Shown here piece by piece: positions 9,811-19,652 of a stretch of 64,000 bases of DNA. Within the stretch, counting starts at the first letter, position 1. Each line of letters begins with the position of its first letter. Origin of the DNA: a virus (lineage: Duplodnaviria; Caudoviricetes). The notes below the pieces were generated by a model. The model worked only from the letters and a program-made list of their open reading frames with translations, searched no databases and was not told the origin of the DNA. The stretch is from the IMG/VR virus record IMGVR_UViG_3300021387_000189, positions 30,698 to 94,697 of that record; one strand, written 5' to 3'. Made by a program: the position numbers and the translations under genes.

Positions 9811-10974
9811 ATGTTCAAGAAGACTCGAATAATAGACTTGACTTCAAGAAACATTGCAAATGATGTGAAAGTAGAGTTTGCAGAGAGATACAGTCACTAT
9901 GCAAGATTTGCTAAGCATCGATTAGCAATACCAAATCCTGGAATGAATCTCTTGCCAGAGGTAGAGAAGATAGAGATTAGAGATCCATTAGAGATTGGAT
10001 ATGTAGGATTCTCAAACGAGAGGATATGCATACTTTGTGACACTGATGACAAGTCAATTGACAAGCTTATAGCTGTAGAGAACTACTTCAATTACTGGAT
10101 TGACTGGATGTTCAGAATTCCAGAAGATGAGAAGATAGAGATATCAGTAGTGTTCACAGGTATTCCTTATGTGATTGACAAAGACTCTGTTCCATCAGCT
10201 AAGACAAAGAAGATTGCTGCAGCACTCAAGTGGCAATTATTGATGAGGAATCAGATGAACATCAAGTACACAGCTATAGGAGACTGGACTGCGCCAATCA
10301 GCATAGAGAAAGACTACAACTCTAAGAAAGTATATGTAGACACTTGTCTTAATGACAATTGGTATGATGGATCAGAGAGGCCTATAGTTCATGTAGTGAA
10401 TCCAATGAGTGACATATTGTATAGCATGAAGGTTCATAATCTTATTGAGGACTGTGATGCTATCTGGATTTCTCCATCTATTCTCTCAATGAAGAGCTAT
10501 GTAGAGATTGAAGACTCATTCATCGGACGTTTCATCATAAAAGAATACAAAGACATTGACTTCTTGATTAACCACCAGCTTGTAGGAATCAAGAAAGGTG
10601 ATGAGACAACAGAGTTCACAAACATGAATCCAAAGCACATAGCTTGCTTTGCTACTTCAGTGCATGACTTCATGACATTCAATCAAGACATTGTCATGTA
10701 TGCTTCTAACACCATGTCTACTTCAGAACCATTGAAGCTCAGTCTGTTCATCAACTACACTCCTGATGCGGCTGATGACCAAAAGCTCTATGGAGTGATG
10801 AACAGTTTCATGAACTACATAGAGAACAATGCTCCTATAATGGATGTGACAATCTTCATGTTGCCATTTGATGTAGATAATGGACCTGGCTGGGTTGAGA
10901 GAGACAAGCTCAAGTTTATACCAAACACTATTGAATTGTATCACTCTAAAATAATAGATGCACTATGCTGTTAG
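9811..10974 (+). CDS. Hypothetical protein
   Basis: 387-aa ORF within an operon. Confidence 0.75.
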   Translation: MFKKTRIIDLTSRNIANDVKVEFAERYSHYARFAKHRLAIPNPGMNLLPEVEKIEIRDPLEIGYVGFSNERICILCDTDDKSIDKLIAVENYFNYWIDWMFRIPEDEKIEISVVFTGIPYVIDKDSVPSAKTKKIAAALKWQLLMRNQMNIKYTAIGDWTAPISIEKDYNSKKVYVDTCLNDNWYDGSERPIVHVVNPMSDILYSMKVHNLIEDCDAIWISPSILSMKSYVEIEDSFIGRFIIKEYKDIDFLINHQLVGIKKGDETTEFTNMNPKHIACFATSVHDFMTFNQDIVMYASNTMSTSEPLKLSLFINYTPDAADDQKLYGVMNSFMNYIENNAPIMDVTIFMLPFDVDNGPGWVERDKLKFIPNTIELYHSKIIDALCC

Positions 10975-11084
10975 GACTTATTCTCTTTGGGCTAGGAATA
11001 GCTGCATTTGTGTTGATGTTCAAGATTCTAGTGGGTATCATTGAGTTATTCGTAGGATTGCTATCTCTCTTGACTGGAAACTGA
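10965..11084 (+). CDS. 39-aa hydrophobic peptide, not in the ORF track
   Basis: MLLGLILFGLGIAAFVLMFKILVGIIELFVGLLSLLTGN; overlaps the upstream stop and ends just before a terminator. Confidence 0.55.
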   Translation: MLLGLILFGLGIAAFVLMFKILVGIIELFVGLLSLLTGN

Positions 11085-11106
11085 ATCTATCCATGTCATA
11101 TGTATG

Positions 11107-11136
11107 AAGCACAAAGCTAATCTTAGCTTTGTGCTT
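11107..11136 (+). terminator. Intrinsic terminator
   Basis: AAGCACAAAGCTAA-tc-TTAGCTTTGTGCTT perfect inverted repeat. Confidence 0.75.
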
Positions 11137-11144
11137 TGTTGCTT

Positions 11145-11172
11145 AAACTTGGCAGTCAGCTTACATATATAA
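11145..11172 (+). promoter_or_regulatory. Putative middle promoter AAAC-N17-TATATAA
   Basis: Same bipartite motif recurs at 13990, 23649 and 43268 (minus), with variants elsewhere. Confidence 0.55.
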
Positions 11173-11203
11173 AATATGTTAAAAGCAACATCTTATATGA
11201 TGC

Positions 11204-11671
11204 ATGACAGAGAGAAGACGAATATATTTGAAAGACAAGCTGTATGAGCTATATACACTCTTGTATAGAGCAGCAACCCCTTCAGTAGACTTTAGAGAGC
11301 TTGTTGCTAAGTCTCCATGGGTGAAGAGGAACAAGCATTCAACTGCTTACTGGAAGATGAGTCCAGAGGAAAGGAAAGAGGCTGACAAGACTTTTGAGTA
11401 TGAGACTATCTATCCTCCAGAGGCATTCACAGAAGAAGAAGTGATGAAGAGTGGAGAAGACATCAAGAGGAAGATAGACTGGGATAGCTACTACTTAGAC
11501 AAAGACTCTTATGACAAGATAGTCAATGACTTCATCAATGACAAGAAGAACAAGTTCTCATCTATAGAGAAAAGCAAATTCAAGACGGAAGCCTATCTAG
11601 GATGTGGTCCAACTACATATGACAGAAGCAAAGAGCAAATACCTGACAATGGAGAGCAAGACAAGGACTAA
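11204..11671 (+). CDS. Hypothetical protein
   Basis: 155-aa ORF after the promoter motif. Confidence 0.7.
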   Translation: MTERRRIYLKDKLYELYTLLYRAATPSVDFRELVAKSPWVKRNKHSTAYWKMSPEERKEADKTFEYETIYPPEAFTEEEVMKSGEDIKRKIDWDSYYLDKDSYDKIVNDFINDKKNKFSSIEKSKFKTEAYLGCGPTTYDRSKEQIPDNGEQDKD

Positions 11672-12578
11672 AGTGATAGTCATTCCAGATGTGCATGGCA
11701 GAGAGTTCTGGAGAGGAGCAATAGAGAAATACAAAGACTTCATCAACCACCAGATGGTTGATGTTGTGTTCTTAGGAGACTACTTAGATCCATATCCATT
11801 TGAAGGAGTCTCTGTAGAGAAAGCTATAGAAATCTTCAAAGAGATCATAGAGTTTGCTAGAGACAAGACTAATGTACACTTGCTTCTTGGGAACCATGAC
11901 ATGCACTACTTCGACAAGTTCTACTCTGAGAGCATCCATAAAGTCAGGTACAGTCATGCACATGCAAAAGAGATTGCCAAGCTATTCACAGAGAACAAGA
12001 GTCTTTTCAGAGTAGCTTGGGAGACTAGAGTCAATGACAAGAAGATATTGTTCACTCATGCTGGTATCCTGAAGACTTGGGCTGAAGTCCACATGGGAAA
12101 GCTCAAGGTCCGTCATGGATGTATAGATGACAAGTACAAGATTAAGAGCATACTTCCAAATGAGGCTTCGCTTAACAGCCTGCTAAGAACAAAGAAAGGA
12201 ATATTGTCTCTAGGAGACATCTCAGAAGAGAGAGGAGGATGGTATGCTTATGGGTCACCAATATGGGCTGACTTCAGAGAGCACTTAGACTCACTTCAGT
12301 GGTGTCCTCCAGGAAGAGACGAGCTATGCAACTATGCTGGAGAAGTATATCAAGTGTTTGGACACTCTCTTGGGTATCCATTTGGAGGATATGAGTCTCT
12401 TGACATGTGCTATATTGACGACCATTTTGCAATGCTAGACTCTAGAATGGCATTTGTGATATTAGACGATGGGAGCATTCATGAAGTAGATGACAATATA
12501 GAGAACTATGAGAAGTCTGAAGTATTGTATATGAAGAAACCTGAAGAAAAACAACCTGAAAAGTCATCAAATGCTTAA
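11649..12578 (+). CDS. Calcineurin-like metallophosphoesterase
   Basis: DVHG, GDYLD, GNHD, THAG and GHS motifs. Confidence 0.9.
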   Translation: MESKTRTKVIVIPDVHGREFWRGAIEKYKDFINHQMVDVVFLGDYLDPYPFEGVSVEKAIEIFKEIIEFARDKTNVHLLLGNHDMHYFDKFYSESIHKVRYSHAHAKEIAKLFTENKSLFRVAWETRVNDKKILFTHAGILKTWAEVHMGKLKVRHGCIDDKYKIKSILPNEASLNSLLRTKKGILSLGDISEERGGWYAYGSPIWADFREHLDSLQWCPPGRDELCNYAGEVYQVFGHSLGYPFGGYESLDMCYIDDHFAMLDSRMAFVILDDGSIHEVDDNIENYEKSEVLYMKKPEEKQPEKSSNA

Positions 12579-13092
12579 GTATGTCAACACACAAGTAGGA
12601 TTCAGAGAAGTCCCAGACAAGATAGCATTGCTCATAAACATCTCTGGATGCAAGTGCCATTGTCAAGGATGCCATAGCAAATATCTATGGGATGACATTG
12701 GAGATCCACTTGACACACAAGCTATTGACACTTTAGTAGAGAAGAACAAAGGCATCAACTGTGTGTGTCTCATGGGTGGAGAAGACTTCAAAGAAGTCAG
12801 CAACATTGCATCATACATACACTCTAAGCATAGGCTCTTAGTAGCTTGGTACACTGGACATGAGATGTCAGAGATTCCAGCAGAAGCAGTGTCAAGTGTA
12901 GACTTCCTGAAAGTAGGCCCTTATAAAGAAGAATGTGGTCCTCTTGACAAAGAGACCACAAATCAGAGAATGTATGAAGTACAAGTTGTCAAAGGTCTTC
13001 AAAAGAACAAGCTAACTGGACAACTTGAGATGTACTCACCGAAGCTTGAAGACATCACTCACAAGTTTTGGAACAAGACTACACAGCAGTAG
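12571..13092 (+). CDS. nrdG: Anaerobic ribonucleotide reductase activating radical-SAM protein
   Basis: EVPD..ALLINISGCKCHCQGCHS (CxxxCxxC), MGGE, WYTG, KVGPY, TTNQR. Confidence 0.85.
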   Translation: MLKYVNTQVGFREVPDKIALLINISGCKCHCQGCHSKYLWDDIGDPLDTQAIDTLVEKNKGINCVCLMGGEDFKEVSNIASYIHSKHRLLVAWYTGHEMSEIPAEAVSSVDFLKVGPYKEECGPLDKETTNQRMYEVQVVKGLQKNKLTGQLEMYSPKLEDITHKFWNKTTQQ

Positions 13093-13393
13093 CTCCAGGA
13101 GAAGCCTGTACTCCACCTTGTGGTTGGATTGTGCCAGGCTTTTGTTGTGCCACTGTTCCAGGTTGTGCGGCTTGTGTCTGTGAAGCTTGCTGTCCCTGAA
13201 GATTGCTTTGCTGAGCTTGCAGCTCTATGAGCTTCTTTTTCAAAGGCTCAATCCTCTTCATATAGTCTTGCTCAGCTTGATTGATTTGCATCTGGATTTG
13301 TTGGATGTCTGCATTCACACTTGCAAGTGTCTGTGCTTCATTCAACCTCTTTTGTATCTCTTTCTTGCTGAACAGCCTTACTCTAGCTCCCAT
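13079..13393 (-). CDS. Small Gln-rich coiled-coil late protein
   Basis: ATAAATA at 13427-13433; contains RLNEA, a possible protease site. Confidence 0.65.
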   Translation of the reverse strand: MGARVRLFSKKEIQKRLNEAQTLASVNADIQQIQMQINQAEQDYMKRIEPLKKKLIELQAQQSNLQGQQASQTQAAQPGTVAQQKPGTIQPQGGVQASPGATAV

Positions 13394-13444
13394 TGTATGT
13401 AATTGATATATAGTACGAATTTAGAATATTTATTGTCTTGAGTC

Positions 13445-13981
13445 ATGACAACACAAACTAAGAAGAAGACGTTCACAAACACAAAGCCTACTTACAAGAA
13501 AGGAGTCTCAAAGATACAGTCAGAGAAAGACACTGAGAACAACCCACTCTTGAAGATTGAGAACAACCAGTTTGTGATGGAAGTAGGAAACCTCATTGAG
13601 AATCCTTGGATTATCATAAATGAAGGCTATGAGAACTTTGACCCTAAAGACAAAGGTTCTCTTGATGCATCTAGGCTAGACATGCTCAGCGAGTTCTTAG
13701 TCATTCTCAGGAGCTTTGAGTATGTCATCACTGCTAGATTCAAAGTCACATACATATGGCCGTTGTGGAGCCATGGAGAGAAGACTGGAGACTTGAGCTT
13801 TGAGGACCTGTTCTCAGCTATCAGCCACAGGCTTAGGATGGAGCTCTTCATGAGATCTCCTAACTTTGACGAGATAGACTTGATGGGAATACAGTACATA
13901 TACAAGATCAAGTATGTCACAGAAGAGATGATAAAAGAGAGAAAAGCTGCAAAAAGCAAAGAAAAAGAGGAGAATAGTTAA
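13445..13981 (+). CDS. Hypothetical protein
   Basis: 178-aa ORF. Confidence 0.7.
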   Translation: MTTQTKKKTFTNTKPTYKKGVSKIQSEKDTENNPLLKIENNQFVMEVGNLIENPWIIINEGYENFDPKDKGSLDASRLDMLSEFLVILRSFEYVITARFKVTYIWPLWSHGEKTGDLSFEDLFSAISHRLRMELFMRSPNFDEIDLMGIQYIYKIKYVTEEMIKERKAAKSKEKEENS

Positions 13982-14050
13982 TTTTTGTTAAACTTTCTAT
14001 ATTCTATACTTATATAAATTGAAATAATAAACATTTATTGTACAATAATA

Positions 14051-14506
14051 ATGGCAACTAAGAAAGACAGTAAGAAAGTCGTGTCTAGCGATGATGCAAT
14101 GGAAGAGCCAAAGACTAAGAACTACAATGATCCAGTTCAGTCTGGTGATGGCAAAGCTCCAGCGAAAGAGCAGATGTTCATCCAGATGAAGGACTCATTC
14201 AAAGAAGAGCTTGACAAGACTATTGGAGAGCTTGGCTACAACAGAGAGCTCGGATCCCCAGAGATGCACATCCAAGTCTTCCAGATTTTTGATGTAGTTG
14301 AGAAGACTAAAGGCAAGTACTTGACAGAGGATCAGGCTAATCAGATTATATCAATGATTGCAAGAGCTCCTTACAATGTGATTGCTGGATTGATGAAGGA
14401 AATCACAGAGCACCAAGAGAAGTTCTTCATTGTGAAGTCTAGGTCGGAGATAGAAGAGGAAGCAAAGAAAGCTTCAGAGACATCGACTGAAGAGAAGGAG
14501 AAGTAA
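14051..14506 (+). CDS. Hypothetical protein
   Basis: 151-aa ORF after AAAC-N17-TATATAA (13990-14017). Confidence 0.75.
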   Translation: MATKKDSKKVVSSDDAMEEPKTKNYNDPVQSGDGKAPAKEQMFIQMKDSFKEELDKTIGELGYNRELGSPEMHIQVFQIFDVVEKTKGKYLTEDQANQIISMIARAPYNVIAGLMKEITEHQEKFFIVKSRSEIEEEAKKASETSTEEKEK

Positions 14507-14579
14507 GTAGCTAGACTCTAGACTACAAGAAAGAGAGCTGAGAGAACAAACTTCTCTCAGCTTTTTCTATATTATAGTC

Positions 14580-15629
14580 ATGGACCATTATTATGAATAT
14601 GCATGGAAGCATAGCACTCATGAATTTGATGACTGCAAGAGTGTGACTGTGTCTCTCAAAGTTGATGGAACTCCATTGCAGATGGAGTCAGTTGGTGACG
14701 GTGTGAAGTTCCATTCAAGAGGATCTAGCATGACAAAGCCTGGTCCTGAGATTACATCTGTAGATCTCTTCATGAACCCAGCTTTCTATCCTCAGGTAGA
14801 GTTCTTGAAGAAAGCTGTAGAAGACCAAGCAGAGATGTACTTGGAATATGTGCATCTGCTCAACTTTGAAGTCATAGTAGAGAACAAGCATCATATCATA
14901 CAATATGATCAGAAGCCATCTGGCAATATGTTCCTCCTAAGTGCAACTACAAAGAATGACAGTCAAGTGGATCAAAAGATGTTGCCACAGATAGCAAAGT
15001 CTCTTGGTGTAGAGCCAATTCCATTTGTAGAGCTAGAGAATAGAGATGACTTGATGGAGAAGATTTGGCAATTCTCTAAGAATACTAGATTCTATGACAA
15101 TAGTGGCTATCTAGAAGACCTTGACAAGAAGCTTGGATGCAAGACTCTGTGTCGAGAGCACATGGAAGGCATAGTCCTCAAAATCAATGGAGGCAAGCAT
15201 GATGGAATGATGCTGAAGATTGACTCTCCAGAATTCAAGAATGAGCTTTCTCAAAGAAAGGACAAGAAGATGTCTGATAGAGAGTCAAGCAACATATCTA
15301 GTGTCCTTGAGTGTGCTAAGAAGCACATAGACATGTCTAAGCTGAGCAAGTGGAGCAATGACCCGTTAGAGAACTTGATAGCTAACTATGAGAAGACTAT
15401 AGCATCTGACTCTTCAGCTTTGCAAGACTTTGTCAATGTATGCAAGAAAGCAAAGCCAAACTTGCTAGCTCCTACACCTGCAGCAATTCCACAACAATAT
15501 CAGATCAAATCTTCTGACCAAGCATGGCTGACTGGACTTCATCACTTTGTCTGGCTATTCAGGAAAGAACGTAAGGGATTACTAGCAGGAGCAACACCTA
15601 TAGTCAGGAAGATTAGAGGAATCAGTTAA
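14580..15629 (+). CDS. RNA ligase-like nucleotidyltransferase
   Basis: Motif I SLKVDGT, motif III NFEV, motif IV EGIVLK, motif V LKID. Confidence 0.65.
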   Translation: MDHYYEYAWKHSTHEFDDCKSVTVSLKVDGTPLQMESVGDGVKFHSRGSSMTKPGPEITSVDLFMNPAFYPQVEFLKKAVEDQAEMYLEYVHLLNFEVIVENKHHIIQYDQKPSGNMFLLSATTKNDSQVDQKMLPQIAKSLGVEPIPFVELENRDDLMEKIWQFSKNTRFYDNSGYLEDLDKKLGCKTLCREHMEGIVLKINGGKHDGMMLKIDSPEFKNELSQRKDKKMSDRESSNISSVLECAKKHIDMSKLSKWSNDPLENLIANYEKTIASDSSALQDFVNVCKKAKPNLLAPTPAAIPQQYQIKSSDQAWLTGLHHFVWLFRKERKGLLAGATPIVRKIRGIS

Positions 15630-15696
15630 ACTTTGTTAAAATCTGAATAATATCTAGCGAATCATTGCAATGGTTCGCTTTTTTTGTGTAATTTTG
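15625..15696 (+). promoter_or_regulatory. Host-type promoter with GTTAA-N5-GTTAA box, overlapping a terminator hairpin
   Basis: GTTAA at 15625 and 15635; hairpin AGCGAATCATTGCAATGGTTCGCT plus T run; TAATTTTG at 15689-15696. Confidence 0.7.
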
Positions 15697-15722
15697 CAGT
15701 ATAAACAAAAAATGATTGAGAT

Positions 15723-16940
15723 ATGGAGTTCTACATTACACCAGACAAGAGACAGAAATGTGAGCAAGTCATAGACAAGACTTTCTCTAAGTTCACTGCT
15801 AAGCCTAAGGTCTCTTATGAGACAGTGAAGAAGCTTGTCACTAAGGACAAAGACCAGTATGAGATTGAGTTGCTCAAAGTCACAATAGAAGACATCCAGC
15901 AGAATGAGTGGACACTTGTTGCAACAGTCAACTATAGAGAGGATGCCATGCTAGTGGTTGATGACTCACTGTTCAAGTCAGTCCCAGAAAGCTTAGGACT
16001 CAGCTACACTAAGTGTGATTTCTGTGGGTCAACACACTCTAACAGGAAAGAGTCTCATATCTTGTACAACTCTAGCAAAGATGAGTGGATGCAGGTAGGC
16101 ACTGCTTGTGTAGACAAGATGGTTGATGGAGGCAAGTACATCAACAGAGTGATGGCTAGCCTTGACAAAGTGGTCAACAAGCTTGGTGGATGTCACAGTG
16201 AGAGCTTTAGCTCTTGGATGCCAGACTTCAAGTACTGGTCGCTTGCTATCAAGATCAAGAAAGCTGTAGAGCTCATCAAGAAGTTCAGAGCAGAGAAGTC
16301 ATTTGTATGGCGCAAAGCCGAGTATGATGAGAATGGAGACAAGGTGTTTGAAGGAACCTCATCGCAGCTCAAAGACTTTGCAAAGTGGCATCACAACACT
16401 ATCAAGGAAGCTGATGATGAATACTTCAGCAAGGTCCAGGCTCATGTAGACTCTCTTGAAGGAAGCTATGATGACTGGACTGGTGAAGCTGACATGAATC
16501 AGAGAATCAAGGATTGCTTTGCTAATGGATATGTCAAAGTTGCAGAGCTCTACTTAGTGTTCTTTGCACAGAAAGGATATGAGGACACTCTTGGGAAGAG
16601 TCAGTTTGAGCAAGATCTTGAGAAGTTTGGAATTGCTAAAGGTGAGAAGTTTGAGTTCTGTGGAACTATAGAGAACATAGAGTTCTTGGAAGGAGAAGGA
16701 CCTTACTGGGACTGGACTTCTAGAGACTCTTGGCTGTATACCCTCGTTGATGACAGAACTGGGATGAGATTTGAGAAGGAAGTTGCATCAAAGAGCACTA
16801 TCAATGCTTTTGAGCAGAGTGATGGGAAGATCAAGTTTGTTGGAACTGTGAAGTACATCGCTTACAGGACACACACTATAGTCCTTGGAGGACGCTTGAG
16901 CAAAGCTAAAGAGAAGAAAGAGAAGAAGAACAAGAAATAA
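15723..16940 (+). CDS. Early hypothetical protein with Cys motifs (possible Zn site)
   Basis: CDFCG and VGTACV motifs; 405 aa. Confidence 0.7.
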   Translation: MEFYITPDKRQKCEQVIDKTFSKFTAKPKVSYETVKKLVTKDKDQYEIELLKVTIEDIQQNEWTLVATVNYREDAMLVVDDSLFKSVPESLGLSYTKCDFCGSTHSNRKESHILYNSSKDEWMQVGTACVDKMVDGGKYINRVMASLDKVVNKLGGCHSESFSSWMPDFKYWSLAIKIKKAVELIKKFRAEKSFVWRKAEYDENGDKVFEGTSSQLKDFAKWHHNTIKEADDEYFSKVQAHVDSLEGSYDDWTGEADMNQRIKDCFANGYVKVAELYLVFFAQKGYEDTLGKSQFEQDLEKFGIAKGEKFEFCGTIENIEFLEGEGPYWDWTSRDSWLYTLVDDRTGMRFEKEVASKSTINAFEQSDGKIKFVGTVKYIAYRTHTIVLGGRLSKAKEKKEKKNKK

Positions 16941-16956
16941 CTAATTAAATCAAGAT

Positions 16957-17679
16957 ATGAATATGAAAATCAAAGACTTAGTGAATATCACAGGCATAGA
17001 GCAAAGGAGTATTGAGAGAGTTGCATTCTTCTTGCTTGGCATGCTGTTTGCTGTTGCTTCTTCTACTTACACTATGTGGCTAGGAGAGAAGTATAACTTA
17101 GTAGAGCACAAGATTGAGTACACTAACGTCATCAGCTATGTTCCTGCTAATTCTATCAGCAAGAGTGTCAAGACGCTCTCAGGAGCAAAAAGAAGTGTCT
17201 CAGACAAAGGGATAATGTTCATCAAGCAGAATGAAGGGATGCTCCGGCAAGCTGTATGGGACGTGAATGGTATCTCTGTAGGATGGGGTCACAAGATCAA
17301 CTCTAGTGATCCTAAGTGGCTCAGAGACTTCAAGATTGGTCAATGGATAAGTGCCTCATCAGCTAATGAGCTGCTTGCTAATGACATAGAGAATTTCTTG
17401 AATCCTAGCCTGAGATATGCTCTTAGAGACTTAGAGTCTAGTGGTGTTGACACTAAGAAGCTTTCTCAAGGCTTTGTAGATGGCATGGCCGACATGATAT
17501 ACAACTGTGGTCTCAATGGCATGATGACTACAGACTTCTACTATACACTGAAGAAAGGACATATAGACAAAGCGATAAGCTTAGTCCCTTCTACTAGAGT
17601 GTACTGTGATGGTCACAAGTCCAGAAGAGAGAAGACCTACCGGATGATGGTTGAGGCTCAAGCTTCTGCAGAGTCATAG
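16957..17679 (+). CDS. GH24 (T4-lysozyme-like) muramidase with an N-terminal hydrophobic anchor
   Basis: FIKQNEG-x7-D..GISVGWGH, YNCG and RR.K.Y; hydrophobic VAFFLLGMLFAVAS. Confidence 0.75.
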   Translation: MNMKIKDLVNITGIEQRSIERVAFFLLGMLFAVASSTYTMWLGEKYNLVEHKIEYTNVISYVPANSISKSVKTLSGAKRSVSDKGIMFIKQNEGMLRQAVWDVNGISVGWGHKINSSDPKWLRDFKIGQWISASSANELLANDIENFLNPSLRYALRDLESSGVDTKKLSQGFVDGMADMIYNCGLNGMMTTDFYYTLKKGHIDKAISLVPSTRVYCDGHKSRREKTYRMMVEAQASAES

Positions 17680-18860
17680 TCAAACTGGTCTTCACACAGC
17701 TCCTCAACAGGCCTGACTCTCAAGTCAGGCATATGCTTCTTGATGACAGCTATCAATCTGTCAACAGCATTGTCATATTCTTGCAAGATTTGATTGACTG
17801 TAGAAGTCTTTGATGTCTTTTCTATTTTATATGGATCAAAGGCTTCCATGAACTCATCTGGATAGTTTTTCATATAGAGAGCTAGGTTGCAAAGAGCAAA
17901 CATAGTACTATATGTCACATGTACTGAGTCAAATATTTCAACAGCGATTTTTTTGCTATCACCAAGATGCGCTCTATATGCTGGCTCATATGTCATAATA
18001 ACAAAATCCAACAGCATTCTTGATGTTGAGCCATCTTCATCTGAAGGAATGATTTCTATTTCTAAGAACACACTGTATGAGTTGTTTTCATCTAGAATAT
18101 CAGTATTAGCCCAATTGGTATACTTAGTGTAGCAGAATATTGGAAAATACCAAACCCAATGATTGTTAGGTCTAGTAGGAGAGACTTTCACCTTTCTTGC
18201 AAAGTACCTTTCATCAAAGACTCCGGGATCTTCATCAACATCAAACTCTTCTAAGTAATTCTCAGAAGCAAATGCTTTTAGAGCATTGTTAGCAGCTTCT
18301 ACAGTCATGAGTGAGATGTCTCCAATCTTTGACTTCTCTCTCTTTGCAAACTCTCGACTTACTTTCTTAGAAAGGCCAAGAGAAGTCTTAGTCTCTACAA
18401 GCTGCAGCTTTGGCTTCTTGTGTTCATTCTTCTTCTGCTTGTATAGCCAGTCAATCAGCTTGTCTTTGACTGAAGAGAACTTGAAGTCATAAGGGACTAG
18501 CAAGACTGGCATCTTGCTTGACCCATTTGTCTTGTAGAATCCAAACAAGTAGTTCTCATCTCCAATTATGCTCCAGTCAAGCCCAATGGCTTTAGCAGCA
18601 TTGCCTATGATAGTAGAAATCAAGTCTTTCAGCACATCATTCATCTGATCTCTGTCAAGACCTACTTGCTTAGTTATTTTCTTGAATGATGTGTCAAATG
18701 TAGAGTTGTACTTGAAGTTCTTCTCAAAGTCCCAATACTCTTTGAACTGCTTCAAGAAGTCGACTTTGTCATCCATAGTCTCTTTTGGGACTAAGTCTAG
18801 TTGGCTGTTCTGTGAAGTAGCCTCTGACAGAGGCTTGTCAAAGTCGAATCTGTCTCTCAT
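17658..18860 (-). CDS. Late two-module protein with an internal LGL tag
   Basis: LVETKTSLGLSKKVSREF at 18360-18401; ATAAATA at 18867-18873. Confidence 0.8.
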   Translation of the reverse strand: MRDRFDFDKPLSEATSQNSQLDLVPKETMDDKVDFLKQFKEYWDFEKNFKYNSTFDTSFKKITKQVGLDRDQMNDVLKDLISTIIGNAAKAIGLDWSIIGDENYLFGFYKTNGSSKMPVLLVPYDFKFSSVKDKLIDWLYKQKKNEHKKPKLQLVETKTSLGLSKKVSREFAKREKSKIGDISLMTVEAANNALKAFASENYLEEFDVDEDPGVFDERYFARKVKVSPTRPNNHWVWYFPIFCYTKYTNWANTDILDENNSYSVFLEIEIIPSDEDGSTSRMLLDFVIMTYEPAYRAHLGDSKKIAVEIFDSVHVTYSTMFALCNLALYMKNYPDEFMEAFDPYKIEKTSKTSTVNQILQEYDNAVDRLIAVIKKHMPDLRVRPVEELCEDQFDYDSAEA

Positions 18861-18924
18861 GATTGTTATTTATTGTATGCCAGACTTCTCATAAATATAT
18901 CTAGAAACAACACAACAGCAAAAA

Positions 18925-19596
18925 ATGATACAAGATACACTTAAGAGAGTCCCATGTATTGGGTCTCACAACACTATGTCATATCTGAAGCCTTCTGGTT
19001 TCTGGGCAAGAGCATTCAGATTCATGGCACAATGCCAGAGGAAGACCTACAAAGAGCAATACTTTGAGTATGGAGCTAGAGTGTTTGACTTGAGGCTATT
19101 CTTCAACAATAGTGGAAGATGCTACTTCAAGCACGGCCTAGCAGTGTTTGAGACCTTCTCTGTGTTTGAAGTGCTAGACTTTTTCAACAAGCAAGGAGAC
19201 TGCTTAGTGAGGATATTGCTTGAGGAGACTAAGGCTGACTCTAAGAAGAGAAACATAAAGTTCATAGAAGAAAGATTCAAGACCATCTGCCATATCATAG
19301 AAGAGGTATACCCAAACATCAAGTTCTTTGGTGGTGAGAGAAAGTTCGACTGGCAGAAGCTGTATGAGTTCAAGTATGAGAAAGAGCATGGAGCTCCAAG
19401 AATGATAGACTTGTACAGCAGCACTACATGCTTGTTTGATAAAGACCGACACGGGAAGACCTGCTTGATAGACTTCATAGATGACTGGTGTCCATGGCTA
19501 TATGCAAAGATCAACAACAAGAAGAACTACAAAGAGTATCATAGAGAAAGAGATGACATTGACTGCTTCTTGATAGACTTTGTAGACATAAGGTAG
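18925..19596 (+). CDS. PI-PLC X-domain (phospholipase C-like) phosphodiesterase
   Basis: IGSHNTMSY, AQCQ...EQY..GARVFDLR, FKHG; ATAAATA at 18891-18897. Confidence 0.75.
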   Translation: MIQDTLKRVPCIGSHNTMSYLKPSGFWARAFRFMAQCQRKTYKEQYFEYGARVFDLRLFFNNSGRCYFKHGLAVFETFSVFEVLDFFNKQGDCLVRILLEETKADSKKRNIKFIEERFKTICHIIEEVYPNIKFFGGERKFDWQKLYEFKYEKEHGAPRMIDLYSSTTCLFDKDRHGKTCLIDFIDDWCPWLYAKINNKKNYKEYHRERDDIDCFLIDFVDIR

Positions 19597-19652
19597 ACAA
19601 ACTTCTTTGAAGCTGATACATACAATATAAAATCAATAGCATACGTACTCAA

